IMG/VR virus record: IMGVR_UViG_3300027686_000002
Source of the DNA: an uncultured virus (IMG/VR IMGVR_UViG_3300027686_000002)
Lineage: Duplodnaviria > Heunggongvirae > Uroviricota > Caudoviricetes
Length of the DNA: 64,000 nt
Direction: 5' to 3' (one strand)
The notes beneath the pieces were generated by a model, which saw only the letters and a list, made by a program, of their open reading frames with translations, had not been told where the DNA came from and made no database searches. The translations under genes were made by a program, and so were the position numbers. This document shows positions 1 through 9,021 of this stretch, piece after piece. Within the stretch, counting starts at the first letter, position 1, and every line of letters begins with the position of its first letter.

Positions 1-2
1 GA

Positions 3-638
3 ATGACTAAGAAAATTGTAGGTATATGTGGTCTTATAGGACACGGTAAAGATACAGCGGCAGGCTTTCTAATTGAAGAAGGATTTGCACGAGTTAGTTT
101 TGCAGGAGTATTAAAAGATGCATGTGCTAATATTTTTGGTTGGGATAGAATACTGCTAGAAGGTAATACACCTGAAAGCAGAGTTTGGCGTGAGACAGTT
201 GATGACTGGTGGGCTAAACGCTTAGACATTCCTAACTTTACTCCACGTTGGGCATTGCAACACGTAGGTACTGATGTACTAAGAACACACTTCCACCCAG
301 ACATTTGGGTAGCGGCATGTGAACGACAAATTGAACAAACTGACAGAAACGTTGTTATATCAGACTGTAGATTCTTTAATGAGCTAAAGGCTATAAAACG
401 CTTAGGTGGGCACACAGCGGTTGTATGGCGCTCAGAGAACCCAGATTGGTGGGCAACAGCAGTAGGTGTTAACACAGCAAATACACCCATTCCAGCAGAT
501 AACAGTATGTCTATAGTATTTCCAGAAGTACACAAAAGTGAATGGAGCTGGGCAGGCTGGAAGTTTGATAAACAGATAGCCAACACTACTTCACTAGTTG
601 ATCTAAAGGAACAAACACTCAACCATTTTGTAAGATAA
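3..638 (+). CDS. Deoxynucleoside monophosphate kinase (T4 gp1-like)
   Basis: P-loop GLIGHGKDT, SFAGVLKD, TPRWALQHVGTDVLR, VVISDCRFFNE motifs typical of phage dNMP kinases. Confidence 0.85.
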   Translation: MTKKIVGICGLIGHGKDTAAGFLIEEGFARVSFAGVLKDACANIFGWDRILLEGNTPESRVWRETVDDWWAKRLDIPNFTPRWALQHVGTDVLRTHFHPDIWVAACERQIEQTDRNVVISDCRFFNELKAIKRLGGHTAVVWRSENPDWWATAVGVNTANTPIPADNSMSIVFPEVHKSEWSWAGWKFDKQIANTTSLVDLKEQTLNHFVR

Positions 639-641
639 ATA
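636..641 (+). promoter_or_regulatory. T4-type late promoter core TAAATA (representative; also at 2882, 5458, 5904, 8500, 10441, 12027, 23085, 26383, 29291, 31294, 34569, 35052, 41349, 41607, 44308, 45550, 49092, 59592, 60320 and, on the minus strand, 23053-23058 and 52971-52976)
   Basis: TAAATA recurs just upstream of virion and accessory genes, in the correct orientation for both minus-strand units; full T4 consensus TATAAATA at 29289-29296. Confidence 0.7.
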
Positions 642-670
642 ATGTTGTAGACAAATTACAAGGACAACAT

Positions 671-2101
671 ATGTTTAATGATGATTGGTGGAACGCCAAA
701 GTAGAAACTAAAGAATTATGTGTAGGTTGGTTATATAACGACCGCATAAGCAACTCCCTCCTCAACGGAATATCCCAAAATATAGCTGAATACGACTCTG
801 TCGAATTTGGGCTTTTCTGTGATCAGCAATTCGTGGATGAAAAAATATCAGGATTATTAACACAAGCATATAATGCAGGCTATTCAAAGATAGTTGTATT
901 TAAGCAAGGAACAGTACACAAATATTTTGAGAGAGTATTCCCTGAATTTTATGAAAAACATCTTGACTCAAAATTTATAGGACATATACTAGATAAGGGA
1001 GACGAGTACTTTTGGATTCATCCACAATGCTTTTTAATTGACTTAGATTGGTGGGCAGAAGCAGGCATGCCAGAATGGGGAGACGAACATGATAGCGGGC
1101 CTTGGGAAACAACAAAGCCAATACGCAGTACACAGAATCATCATGACAAGTATACTCCTTATTGGGTTAAACCAGGATCCGAACCAGCTACATATACACA
1201 TAAAAATGGCGGGTGGAATTTAGTAAAAGCACTTTTAGATGATAACCAAACTATTCATTCTTGGGATCTCTCATTACGTCAATCTAAGGAATATTTGTAT
1301 GCAGAGGTTCGTGATGATGCTTGGAGAAATATATTCTATCTACATGAACAGATGGATACGCAAATATTCTTTGTTGGTAATACTGAAATACCCGACACTG
1401 AAACAAATAATATTGGTGACAAGGACCAAAAGTTTACTAAAGTAGTTGCACCGTCAGCTGGTATAAGTCCTATGTTGTATGCAAAGAATCTTAGATTACC
1501 ACCAGGCAGTACAATTATTATATACGATATTAGTACATTTGCTTTAGACTGTATGCAACAATTAATAACAGAATGGGATGGAACAAACTACACTGAATAC
1601 ATGAATAAAATGATGGATAGTAAATGCAGTTACTATTCTAGGAAAGACGAATTATTTAGAGGACAGCAACAACTACAGGATACACAAAAACTACTTGATT
1701 CAATGCCTGAATGGCAAGAATGGTGGAGAGATACATTTAGCACATTTAACATTCAATATGAACAAACAAATTTAATGAATCCTAATAGGTATACATCATT
1801 TGCAAAATGGTCTGCTAATTATTCAGCTAAAGGATTGACGTATGTTCATTTAAGTAACATCTTTCATTATTACCCAACAGCGGTTTATTATAGCTTAGAA
1901 CAACGTGTAATAATGTACAATGAGCTATTTGCTAAACTGAAGTTTTACTCTAACAATAATATTGTTGCTAAGTGTACAAGTCCATTGTTAACACAAGATC
2001 AGATCGCAGGACCAATTAAATTTGTAGAAAATCATACATCAATAGATTTTGAAAATCTACCAAGTAATACATTAGGAAAGATGTTCAAATGGAACAAATA
2101 G
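671..2101 (+). CDS. Hypothetical enzyme, possible GT-A-like N-domain fused to a SAM-dependent methyltransferase-like domain; paralog of 50573..51649
   Basis: Rossmann-like VVAPSAGISP..IIYDIS..YVHLSNIFHY; clear sequence match to 50573..51649; fold assignment is inference. Confidence 0.4.
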   Translation: MFNDDWWNAKVETKELCVGWLYNDRISNSLLNGISQNIAEYDSVEFGLFCDQQFVDEKISGLLTQAYNAGYSKIVVFKQGTVHKYFERVFPEFYEKHLDSKFIGHILDKGDEYFWIHPQCFLIDLDWWAEAGMPEWGDEHDSGPWETTKPIRSTQNHHDKYTPYWVKPGSEPATYTHKNGGWNLVKALLDDNQTIHSWDLSLRQSKEYLYAEVRDDAWRNIFYLHEQMDTQIFFVGNTEIPDTETNNIGDKDQKFTKVVAPSAGISPMLYAKNLRLPPGSTIIIYDISTFALDCMQQLITEWDGTNYTEYMNKMMDSKCSYYSRKDELFRGQQQLQDTQKLLDSMPEWQEWWRDTFSTFNIQYEQTNLMNPNRYTSFAKWSANYSAKGLTYVHLSNIFHYYPTAVYYSLEQRVIMYNELFAKLKFYSNNNIVAKCTSPLLTQDQIAGPIKFVENHTSIDFENLPSNTLGKMFKWNK

Positions 2102-2844
2102 ATAACGTAACTAATTTTATCAATGAATGTAAAAAGCATTCTCACTACGAAAATTTAAATAATCCAGGTGACCAGTTTTTAAATTGGAGAGAACACCGAG
2201 GTACAATGATACAGTACTGTAAATGGATTATGAATGAATCAAATTGTCCTAGTTTAGTTACTAATATAGAAGTACCACATGAAGCAATGGCAGCTGAAGC
2301 TGAAAAAGTTTTAGACAGATATGTTGAGCACCGAGGTGATATGCATCCAGGCTGGAGTAGCATTTGTGTACATGGACAAACAGCAGAAAGAACACAACCA
2401 GCTGATCATTACATAAGAGAAGGAATAGACACAGAAGAAAATAGTGCCCCATATGGTTGGACAGACATAGCAGAACATTGTCCAGTAACAGTAGACTGGC
2501 TAAAGAATGCCTGGCCGTTTAAAGAGTATCAACGATGTAGATTCATGTTATTAGAACCGGGTGGTTATATTCAACCACATCAGGACTTTGATAGAAGAAG
2601 CATGGCTGCATTTAACGTATCATTAAGTAATCCACCAGGAGTGGACTTTGCATTAGAAGAAGCAGGACTTGTACCATGGGAACCTGGTGAAGCTAGAGGA
2701 ATTGATATAGGAAGAAGGCATAGTGTTATAAACAACGGTACAGAAAACAGAATTCACATGATTGTTCATGGTAAATGGGGTGATGGATTTGAACATATGA
2801 TATGTGCAAGTTTTGATCAGCTATTAGCCACCATTAACAGCTAA
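2089..2844 (+). CDS. Aspartyl/asparaginyl beta-hydroxylase-type 2OG-Fe(II) oxygenase
   Basis: RFMLLEPGGYIQPHQD (HxD) ... HSVINNGTENRIHMIV (distal His, 2OG Arg). Confidence 0.8.
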   Translation: MEQIDNVTNFINECKKHSHYENLNNPGDQFLNWREHRGTMIQYCKWIMNESNCPSLVTNIEVPHEAMAAEAEKVLDRYVEHRGDMHPGWSSICVHGQTAERTQPADHYIREGIDTEENSAPYGWTDIAEHCPVTVDWLKNAWPFKEYQRCRFMLLEPGGYIQPHQDFDRRSMAAFNVSLSNPPGVDFALEEAGLVPWEPGEARGIDIGRRHSVINNGTENRIHMIVHGKWGDGFEHMICASFDQLLATINS

Positions 2845-2938
2845 GTTAACTCTGTAAACCCCCCTTTTAAGCATTTTGCGGTAAATACTAGTATAACAAA
2901 ATTTAGATATATTCTAAACACACTAAAGGAGCTATAAC

Positions 2939-5386
2939 ATGGCAAATCTTGTTTCACCTGGCGTACAGGTAACAGTAACAGACGAATCAGTATACGGACC
3001 AGCGGGTGCGGGCACTGTTCCAATGTTGTTTATTGCTACAGGACAGGACAAGGTTGATCCAACCCTAACTGAAACCGACGGCAAAGCAAAATACACAAAA
3101 TCAGTAAATGCTAAGAAACCTATTCTAGTAACATCACAACGTGAACTAACACAATACTTTGGAAATGTAGATTTCCGTAAAGTAAGTGGTACAGTATCAC
3201 AAGGTGACGAAACAAACGAATATGGACTACTAGCGGCATACAGCTTTCTCGGTCAAAGTTCAGCGGCATATATTGTTCGTGCAGACGTTGACTTAACAGC
3301 ATTACGTCCACTATCAGCAGAGCCAACAGGCGACCCTGCTAACAACACATATTGGACCAGCCCTACAACATCAAGTTGGGGTATATACGAATACGTAGGA
3401 TCAGCTTGGGTTGAAAAACTTCCAACAGTAGAAATTGTTTCTTCTGCAGGCTCAGCAACGGCAACAGTTGTTAATGGAAATTACTTAGTTGAAGTAGTAA
3501 ACAGTAACACTGAAACAGCGGCTTATTATTACAAAGGTGTATCAGGTGCTTGGGACCTACTAGACAATGGCTTCGCAAGCGAAGTAGATTGGTCAGCACA
3601 CTACACTGTTCCAGCTTCACCTACAGCAGGCGATGTTTGGATTAAAACTACTTCTCCAGGAGGCGGCATAAACGTAGATATTAAATTATTTACAACAGTA
3701 GCCGGCGCATTTATGAAGAAGAGTGCAGTATACTCACAAAACGGAACACCAGCAGGAACAACATCAGACATATTTGCTGATGGTACTTCTGCAACAGCAC
3801 GTACATTCTCAGATGGCGACATTTGGTTAGACCACGATGCAGTAAATGGTACAAGTGGTAAAATTGCAATCAAACGTTACGACAGTGTCGGAACTGATTG
3901 GGACGATATCGAATTAGACGGTGGTGGAACTGGTGGATTTATTTCTACTGTTTTATCTACACAGCCAACAGGCACTCCAGTTAATAACACAGTATGGTTT
4001 GATCCAGATGTTAATGATCTTGCAATTTATGAAGTTGCTAGTGATTCAGGAACACAAAAATGGAAAAAAGTATCTGATATACAGTATGTAACATCAGCAC
4101 CTACTACAAATAAAGCAGGTGGTTCTTTAGCAGCCGGCGCTTATTGGATTGACACTGATGCAACAGGTTATCCTGTAATTTACAGACATAACGGTACAGC
4201 ATGGGTAGTTAAAAACAAAGCAGATCAAAGTACAGCGGCAGGTGTTGTATTTGGTGATATTACTGCTAACGCAACAGCTAATGATACGTTTGAAGCAACT
4301 CTATTAGCAGGTGCTCCAAATCCATTAGTATATCCAGTTGGAATGACAGGTATTAACATGTGTCGTTCAGCAAGTACTGTTCGTGTATACAACACAGCAC
4401 TAACTACAGCATGGAAATGGCGTAACAAAGCAAGCAATGCAGCCGATGGTTCAGGATCATTTGGTAGACTAGCACAGCGTAAAGTTGTAACAGTAGCAAT
4501 GCAAGCGGCAGCAGGCGCAACAGAACTACGTGAAGATACAGTTCAATTTAGACTAATTGCAGCTCCTGGTTACCCAGAGTTATATGACGAAATGATTACA
4601 TTGAACGCTGATAAAGATGAAACAGCCTTTATTATCGCAGATGCTCCATTCCGTTTAAATCAAACAGAAGCAATTACTTGGATAGCAGGTACAGCGGCAA
4701 CAGAGAATGGTGAAAAAGGATTAACTTCTAAAAACACTTACTCAGCAGTTTACTATCCACACGCATTAACAACTAACCATGTAACTGGTGATAGTGTTGT
4801 TGCTCCGGCATCACACATTGCACTATATACATTTGCTTACAGTGATAATGCATCATACCAATGGTTTGCACCAGCAGGCTTAACACGTGGTGTTGTACAA
4901 AATGCATCTAACGTTGGTTACTTAAACAGCGAGAACGAATTTGTTAAACTAGCTTTAACACAAGGTTCACGTGATGCAATGTACGAAGCTAAAATGAATC
5001 CAATCGCAAGATTCCCGGCAGAGGGTGTTGTAGTGTTTGGACAAAAATCATTACATACAGGTGCTTCAGCATTAGATAGAGTTAACGTTGCAAGACTTAC
5101 AGCTTATCTAAGAGAGCGTTTCTCAGTTATTTCAAGACCGTTCTTATTTGAACCAAATGATGCTGGAACACGTTTAAATGCTAAACAAGTATTTGATGGC
5201 TTCTTAGCTAACATTTTACAACAACGTGGTATTTACGACTTTGCAGTTGTGTGTGATACAACAAACAACACAGCCGCACGTATTGATGCAAACGAATTCT
5301 ACATTGACGTGGCAATTGAGCCAACTAAGTCAGCAGAGTTTATTTACATTCCAATTAGAATTGTAAACACAGGCGAATTAAGCTAA
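2939..5386 (+). CDS. Contractile tail sheath protein (T4 gp18-like)
   Basis: N-terminal LVSPGVQVTVTD; C-terminal WFAPAGLTRG, FGQKSL, LDRVNVARL, FLFEPND, IEPTKSAEFIYI. Confidence 0.95.
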   Translation: MANLVSPGVQVTVTDESVYGPAGAGTVPMLFIATGQDKVDPTLTETDGKAKYTKSVNAKKPILVTSQRELTQYFGNVDFRKVSGTVSQGDETNEYGLLAAYSFLGQSSAAYIVRADVDLTALRPLSAEPTGDPANNTYWTSPTTSSWGIYEYVGSAWVEKLPTVEIVSSAGSATATVVNGNYLVEVVNSNTETAAYYYKGVSGAWDLLDNGFASEVDWSAHYTVPASPTAGDVWIKTTSPGGGINVDIKLFTTVAGAFMKKSAVYSQNGTPAGTTSDIFADGTSATARTFSDGDIWLDHDAVNGTSGKIAIKRYDSVGTDWDDIELDGGGTGGFISTVLSTQPTGTPVNNTVWFDPDVNDLAIYEVASDSGTQKWKKVSDIQYVTSAPTTNKAGGSLAAGAYWIDTDATGYPVIYRHNGTAWVVKNKADQSTAAGVVFGDITANATANDTFEATLLAGAPNPLVYPVGMTGINMCRSASTVRVYNTALTTAWKWRNKASNAADGSGSFGRLAQRKVVTVAMQAAAGATELREDTVQFRLIAAPGYPELYDEMITLNADKDETAFIIADAPFRLNQTEAITWIAGTAATENGEKGLTSKNTYSAVYYPHALTTNHVTGDSVVAPASHIALYTFAYSDNASYQWFAPAGLTRGVVQNASNVGYLNSENEFVKLALTQGSRDAMYEAKMNPIARFPAEGVVVFGQKSLHTGASALDRVNVARLTAYLRERFSVISRPFLFEPNDAGTRLNAKQVFDGFLANILQQRGIYDFAVVCDTTNNTAARIDANEFYIDVAIEPTKSAEFIYIPIRIVNTGELS

Positions 5387-5401
5387 TAGCTTAAAATTAT
5401 T

Positions 5402-5441
5402 AAAAAGGCTACTGTATAAATGATTATAGTAGCCTTTTTTT
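5402..5441 (+). terminator. Intrinsic terminator (potentially bidirectional) after tail sheath
   Basis: AAAAAGGCTACTGTA-loop-TATAGTAGCCTTTTTTT. Confidence 0.85.
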
Positions 5442-5529
5442 ATGACTATACTTTGCATAAATACAGTTGCACATTGCAATGCATATAGTTCCTTGAAGGA
5501 ACTTAAAGACATTTAAGAGGATAAACCAT

Positions 5530-5838
5530 ATGGCTAATAAAATTAGACAAGCCCCAGGTAACTGGGCATCGGTTGACGAGTTCAAAGCTTCGGCAGAACA
5601 TACAGCAATCGCAAACGCTATCACAGGATTCACTCCTGGTGATATTGATGTAACTATGGGATACATATTAGAAGGTAATAAGATCTGGATCAATTATAAT
5701 TTTGATACTGACGCTAAGTTGTTAGAATTTAAAACATATTTGAATACAACAGACTCAATAGCAGGATTTGGACAAAGTCTAAGAGATTTAGAATTGGCCG
5801 ACGATAAATTTGCTACAATCACTGGTTGGACTGTATAA
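5530..5838 (+). CDS. Hypothetical 102-aa protein, paralog of 52633..52944
   Basis: Own TAAATA promoter, GAGG RBS and terminator; aligns by eye end-to-end with 52633..52944. Confidence 0.7.
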   Translation: MANKIRQAPGNWASVDEFKASAEHTAIANAITGFTPGDIDVTMGYILEGNKIWINYNFDTDAKLLEFKTYLNTTDSIAGFGQSLRDLELADDKFATITGWTV

Positions 5839-5853
5839 TACATGGTAATAGTG

Positions 5854-5889
5854 AAGATGGGTTGCTTTATTTGAGTGACCTATCTTTTT
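5854..5889 (+). terminator. Intrinsic terminator
   Basis: AAGATGGGTTGCT / AGTGACCTATCTT stem (with G-U pairs) followed by T-run. Confidence 0.65.
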
Positions 5890-5959
5890 GAGTGAAGAAG
5901 TGATAAATACAATATAACAAGAAGATACTACCATAGTAAGTATTATAGGAGAAAAACAA

Positions 5960-6568
5960 ATGGCTGTAATTACAAATTTCGGAGTTCCAACAGATAGCTC
6001 GGCAGGTACTACACTTATGCCCAAGCTACAATATCGTTTTAGAGTACGATTTGAAGATCTAGGCGGACCCGGTGGAACAGACGAAGTAACACAAAACGTG
6101 ATTAGTACTGGTAGACCAGCATTAACTCATGAAGAAGTTGTTGTTGATTCATACAACTCAAAGATTTACCTAGCAGGTAAGCACACATGGGATCCAATTA
6201 CAATTGTATTCCGTGATGATATGTCATCAAGAGTAATTAAGAAACTTGGCGCTCAGTTGAATAGACAAGTTGATCATGCTGATCAATCAAGTTCTATCTC
6301 TGGTAACGCATATAAGTTTGGTGTACAAATTGAAACACTTGACGGCGCTAACGGTGCAACTAAACCATCAGTGTTTGATAATTGGACACTACAAGGTTGT
6401 TTCATTACTAACGTACAATATGGCGACTTAAACTATGCTGATTCAAGTATGGTACAAGTTACATTGTCAATACGTTTTGATAATGCAATTCACCTTATTG
6501 ATGGAAGTGATGTACTAAGTGCAATAGCTACAGATGCAGATAGAACAAAAACTGGCGCGACTAAGTAA
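5960..6568 (+). CDS. Tail tube protein (T4 gp19-like)
   Basis: YRFRVRF, YLAGKHTWDPITIVFRDD, WTLQGCFITNVQYGDLNY, TLSIRFDNA; follows sheath. Confidence 0.85.
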   Translation: MAVITNFGVPTDSSAGTTLMPKLQYRFRVRFEDLGGPGGTDEVTQNVISTGRPALTHEEVVVDSYNSKIYLAGKHTWDPITIVFRDDMSSRVIKKLGAQLNRQVDHADQSSSISGNAYKFGVQIETLDGANGATKPSVFDNWTLQGCFITNVQYGDLNYADSSMVQVTLSIRFDNAIHLIDGSDVLSAIATDADRTKTGATK

Positions 6569-6586
6569 CATAGTTAGGAACTAACC

Positions 6587-7516
6587 ATGACGATTGGGAA
6601 CGCAGGATATAAAATCTATAGCCAGGCTCTTAGAACTGGCGTAATAGACGCGATACCTCGAAATAAGTTTAACTTTACTGTTACTCTTACTCGTACCGGT
6701 GTAACGGAGGCCTTAAAGCTAGAACGTATCGCTAATATTCAGATGCCGACATTTACACTTAGAACACAAACGTTAAACAAGTACAATAATAAAAGTATTA
6801 TTCAAACAGGAATAGATTATACTCCTATAACACTAACAGCATACGATACAAAGGATGCTGTATTTGAAACATTCCTAAAGGACTACGCAAGATATTACTT
6901 TGCTGGTCCTATGAATGATGAAGATTATGCTACTTGGTTAACTAGTCCAAAAGGATTAGAACTACGCGAAGAAAAGACATACATTAAGTCTATAAAAATA
7001 TTACGACATGATCCAGATAACAAGGAAGCAAAGTTAGAGAGTGAAATTGAAATCTTTAACGCATATATTCAAAACATTGATACTGATACACTAGACTATT
7101 CAGATAGTGGTGCATCAATTATTAGAGTAACATTTGGATATGAAGGTTATAGGGTACTAAGTTCAAACACTGTAATGCCACCAGATCATGTTAACAATCC
7201 AAACCTAGCTAATGAATTTGGCACTGGTCCAAACATATCAGCAACCGTAGTAACTGAAGAACAGGCCAGATTTGGGATGTATACAGTCGTTCCAGATGAA
7301 ACTGGTAATGCTACTGGAAAGTCAGCAGGAAATGCAGAAAACAATACAGCTGAAGATGAAGCTCAATTTACAAGAAATAAAGGTGCAGTTACTTCAAATC
7401 AACCAGAATTAGAAAGATGGGATGGAAATCTTAAAACAGGTGAAAAAGTTAGAAATATTAATGGCGTATCTTACAAAGTACCAGCACCTGTAGTAAAGAA
7501 AACTGGTGTACAGTAA
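6587..7516 (+). CDS. Tail-tube-like baseplate protein (gp48/gp54-like)
   Basis: Tube-fold motifs QMPTFTL..YTPITLTAYD..DTLDYSDSG..VTFGYE; synteny with tube gene. Confidence 0.6.
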   Translation: MTIGNAGYKIYSQALRTGVIDAIPRNKFNFTVTLTRTGVTEALKLERIANIQMPTFTLRTQTLNKYNNKSIIQTGIDYTPITLTAYDTKDAVFETFLKDYARYYFAGPMNDEDYATWLTSPKGLELREEKTYIKSIKILRHDPDNKEAKLESEIEIFNAYIQNIDTDTLDYSDSGASIIRVTFGYEGYRVLSSNTVMPPDHVNNPNLANEFGTGPNISATVVTEEQARFGMYTVVPDETGNATGKSAGNAENNTAEDEAQFTRNKGAVTSNQPELERWDGNLKTGEKVRNINGVSYKVPAPVVKKTGVQ

Positions 7517-7960
7517 GTGCCAAAATTTCACCAAGGCAGTTTCACTCCAAATAATCCTGCTAAATACTTAGGTAAACGAGTTCCTTACTTTAGAAGTGGA
7601 TGGGAACTTGCAGTATTTAGAATGTGCGACAATCATCCAGCTATATTAGGTTGGGGAAGTGAAACACACAGAATTCCTTATAAGAACCCTCTTACAGGAA
7701 AAGCTAGTACATATGTACCTGATTTATTAATTGTTTATAAAGACAAACAAGGAAAGAATCATGCAGAGATAGTTGAAGTCAAGCCTGCTAGTCAAACATT
7801 AGGCGAAGCTAGAACACCATCGCAGAAAGCGGCAGCAGTTGTTAATCATGCAAAATGGGCTTCGGCACATGCATATGCAAAATCAAAAGGACTAGGGTTT
7901 AGAGTAATAACTGAACATCAGATATTTAATAAACCTAAAGGTTCAAAAAAGAAGAAATAG
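7517..7960 (+). CDS. Head completion nuclease (T4 gp4-like, TnsA-type PD-(D/E)xK)
   Basis: PNNPAKYLG, RSGWE, WGSE, YVPD, VEVKP, NHAKWASA, FRVITE; GTG start. Confidence 0.85.
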   Translation: MPKFHQGSFTPNNPAKYLGKRVPYFRSGWELAVFRMCDNHPAILGWGSETHRIPYKNPLTGKASTYVPDLLIVYKDKQGKNHAEIVEVKPASQTLGEARTPSQKAAAVVNHAKWASAHAYAKSKGLGFRVITEHQIFNKPKGSKKKK

Positions 7961-7963
7961 AAT

Positions 7964-8506
7964 ATGACAAAAAAATTAGAAGAAGAATTAAACTTACCCG
8001 ATTTAGATCACTTGCTTGATGAAGAAGAAGCAGTTGAGCCTACAATAGATGATATTCAACATGATATAGCAATGTATCAAGGAGAAATGAGTATGGTGGA
8101 ACGTGCTTCGGCAGCGTTACCTATTGTAGTAGGATTAGAACAATTGGATAGAGAAATGGACGAGTATGCAGCCAAAGCAATGGCTACATTTGATGATTTA
8201 GTTGATCTAGGCAAAAACGTAGAAGATAGACATGCGGCTCCGATATTTGATAGTGCAAGTAAGATGATTAGTGCGGCTTTACAAGCTAAACAAGCTAAAA
8301 TGGACAAGAAATTGAAAATGGTTGAACTACAAATGCGTCAAGCTAGACTTGAAAAAGACAGCGAAAAGATAGATGCATATGTAGCACAGAAGAATAGCGA
8401 ATTAGGTTTAGATGAAGATCAAGGCGCCTCTGAAGCAAGGATTGTTGGTAATAGAACACAGTTGCTCGCAGAAATTATGGATAAGTTGCCTGAAATAGAT
8501 AAATAG
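7964..8506 (+). CDS. Probable terminase small subunit (gp16-like)
   Basis: Helical LVDLGKNVEDRHAAPIFDSASKMI core and C-terminal IVGNRTQLLAEI resemble gp16; upstream of large terminase. Confidence 0.55.
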   Translation: MTKKLEEELNLPDLDHLLDEEEAVEPTIDDIQHDIAMYQGEMSMVERASAALPIVVGLEQLDREMDEYAAKAMATFDDLVDLGKNVEDRHAAPIFDSASKMISAALQAKQAKMDKKLKMVELQMRQARLEKDSEKIDAYVAQKNSELGLDEDQGASEARIVGNRTQLLAEIMDKLPEIDK

Positions 8507-8529
8507 TATTAATGGGAGAGATAACTGTA

Positions 8530-9021
8530 ATGAAATCTTATACTGAATATTTGACAGAGAATAAAAAGTCTTGGAAGTTCAAAGTGAAAACAATACACGA
8601 ACTTACTGACGAACAATGTGATCGCATAGAGAAGCACCTCGGTAAATACGACTCTAAAGGACTCGGTGCTGCACGGAAAACAATTTTGCAAAGTACGCCA
8701 CGTGATTTTCCACAACATAGAGGATATGAAGTATTTACATATGACTTTGACACTAACTTAATTGCTAGTGGATGGGAACTTGCAAATGGAATCCGCAATA
8801 TGTTAGGATTAGCAGATGGCACTTTTAAAATTAAAGGCGAAAACGAACCCGATGATAACATCGAGGCTGACGGAACAGAAGTTAAAAGTATATTGGAAGA
8901 TCCTGATTATGACGAAGCTAATAAAGTAGAATCAAAGGATCATTATGGTGATGAGTACAACACCAGTTTCATTAAAGAGTTATTAAAACTTAAAAAACAA
9001 AAGGAAAAAGGCGATGAGTGA
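8530..9021 (+). CDS. Putative head-internal protein
   Basis: GGGAGA RBS favours ATG 8530; N-terminus MKSYTEYLTE resembles the T4 internal-protein capsid-targeting leader. Confidence 0.5.
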   Translation: MKSYTEYLTENKKSWKFKVKTIHELTDEQCDRIEKHLGKYDSKGLGAARKTILQSTPRDFPQHRGYEVFTYDFDTNLIASGWELANGIRNMLGLADGTFKIKGENEPDDNIEADGTEVKSILEDPDYDEANKVESKDHYGDEYNTSFIKELLKLKKQKEKGDE

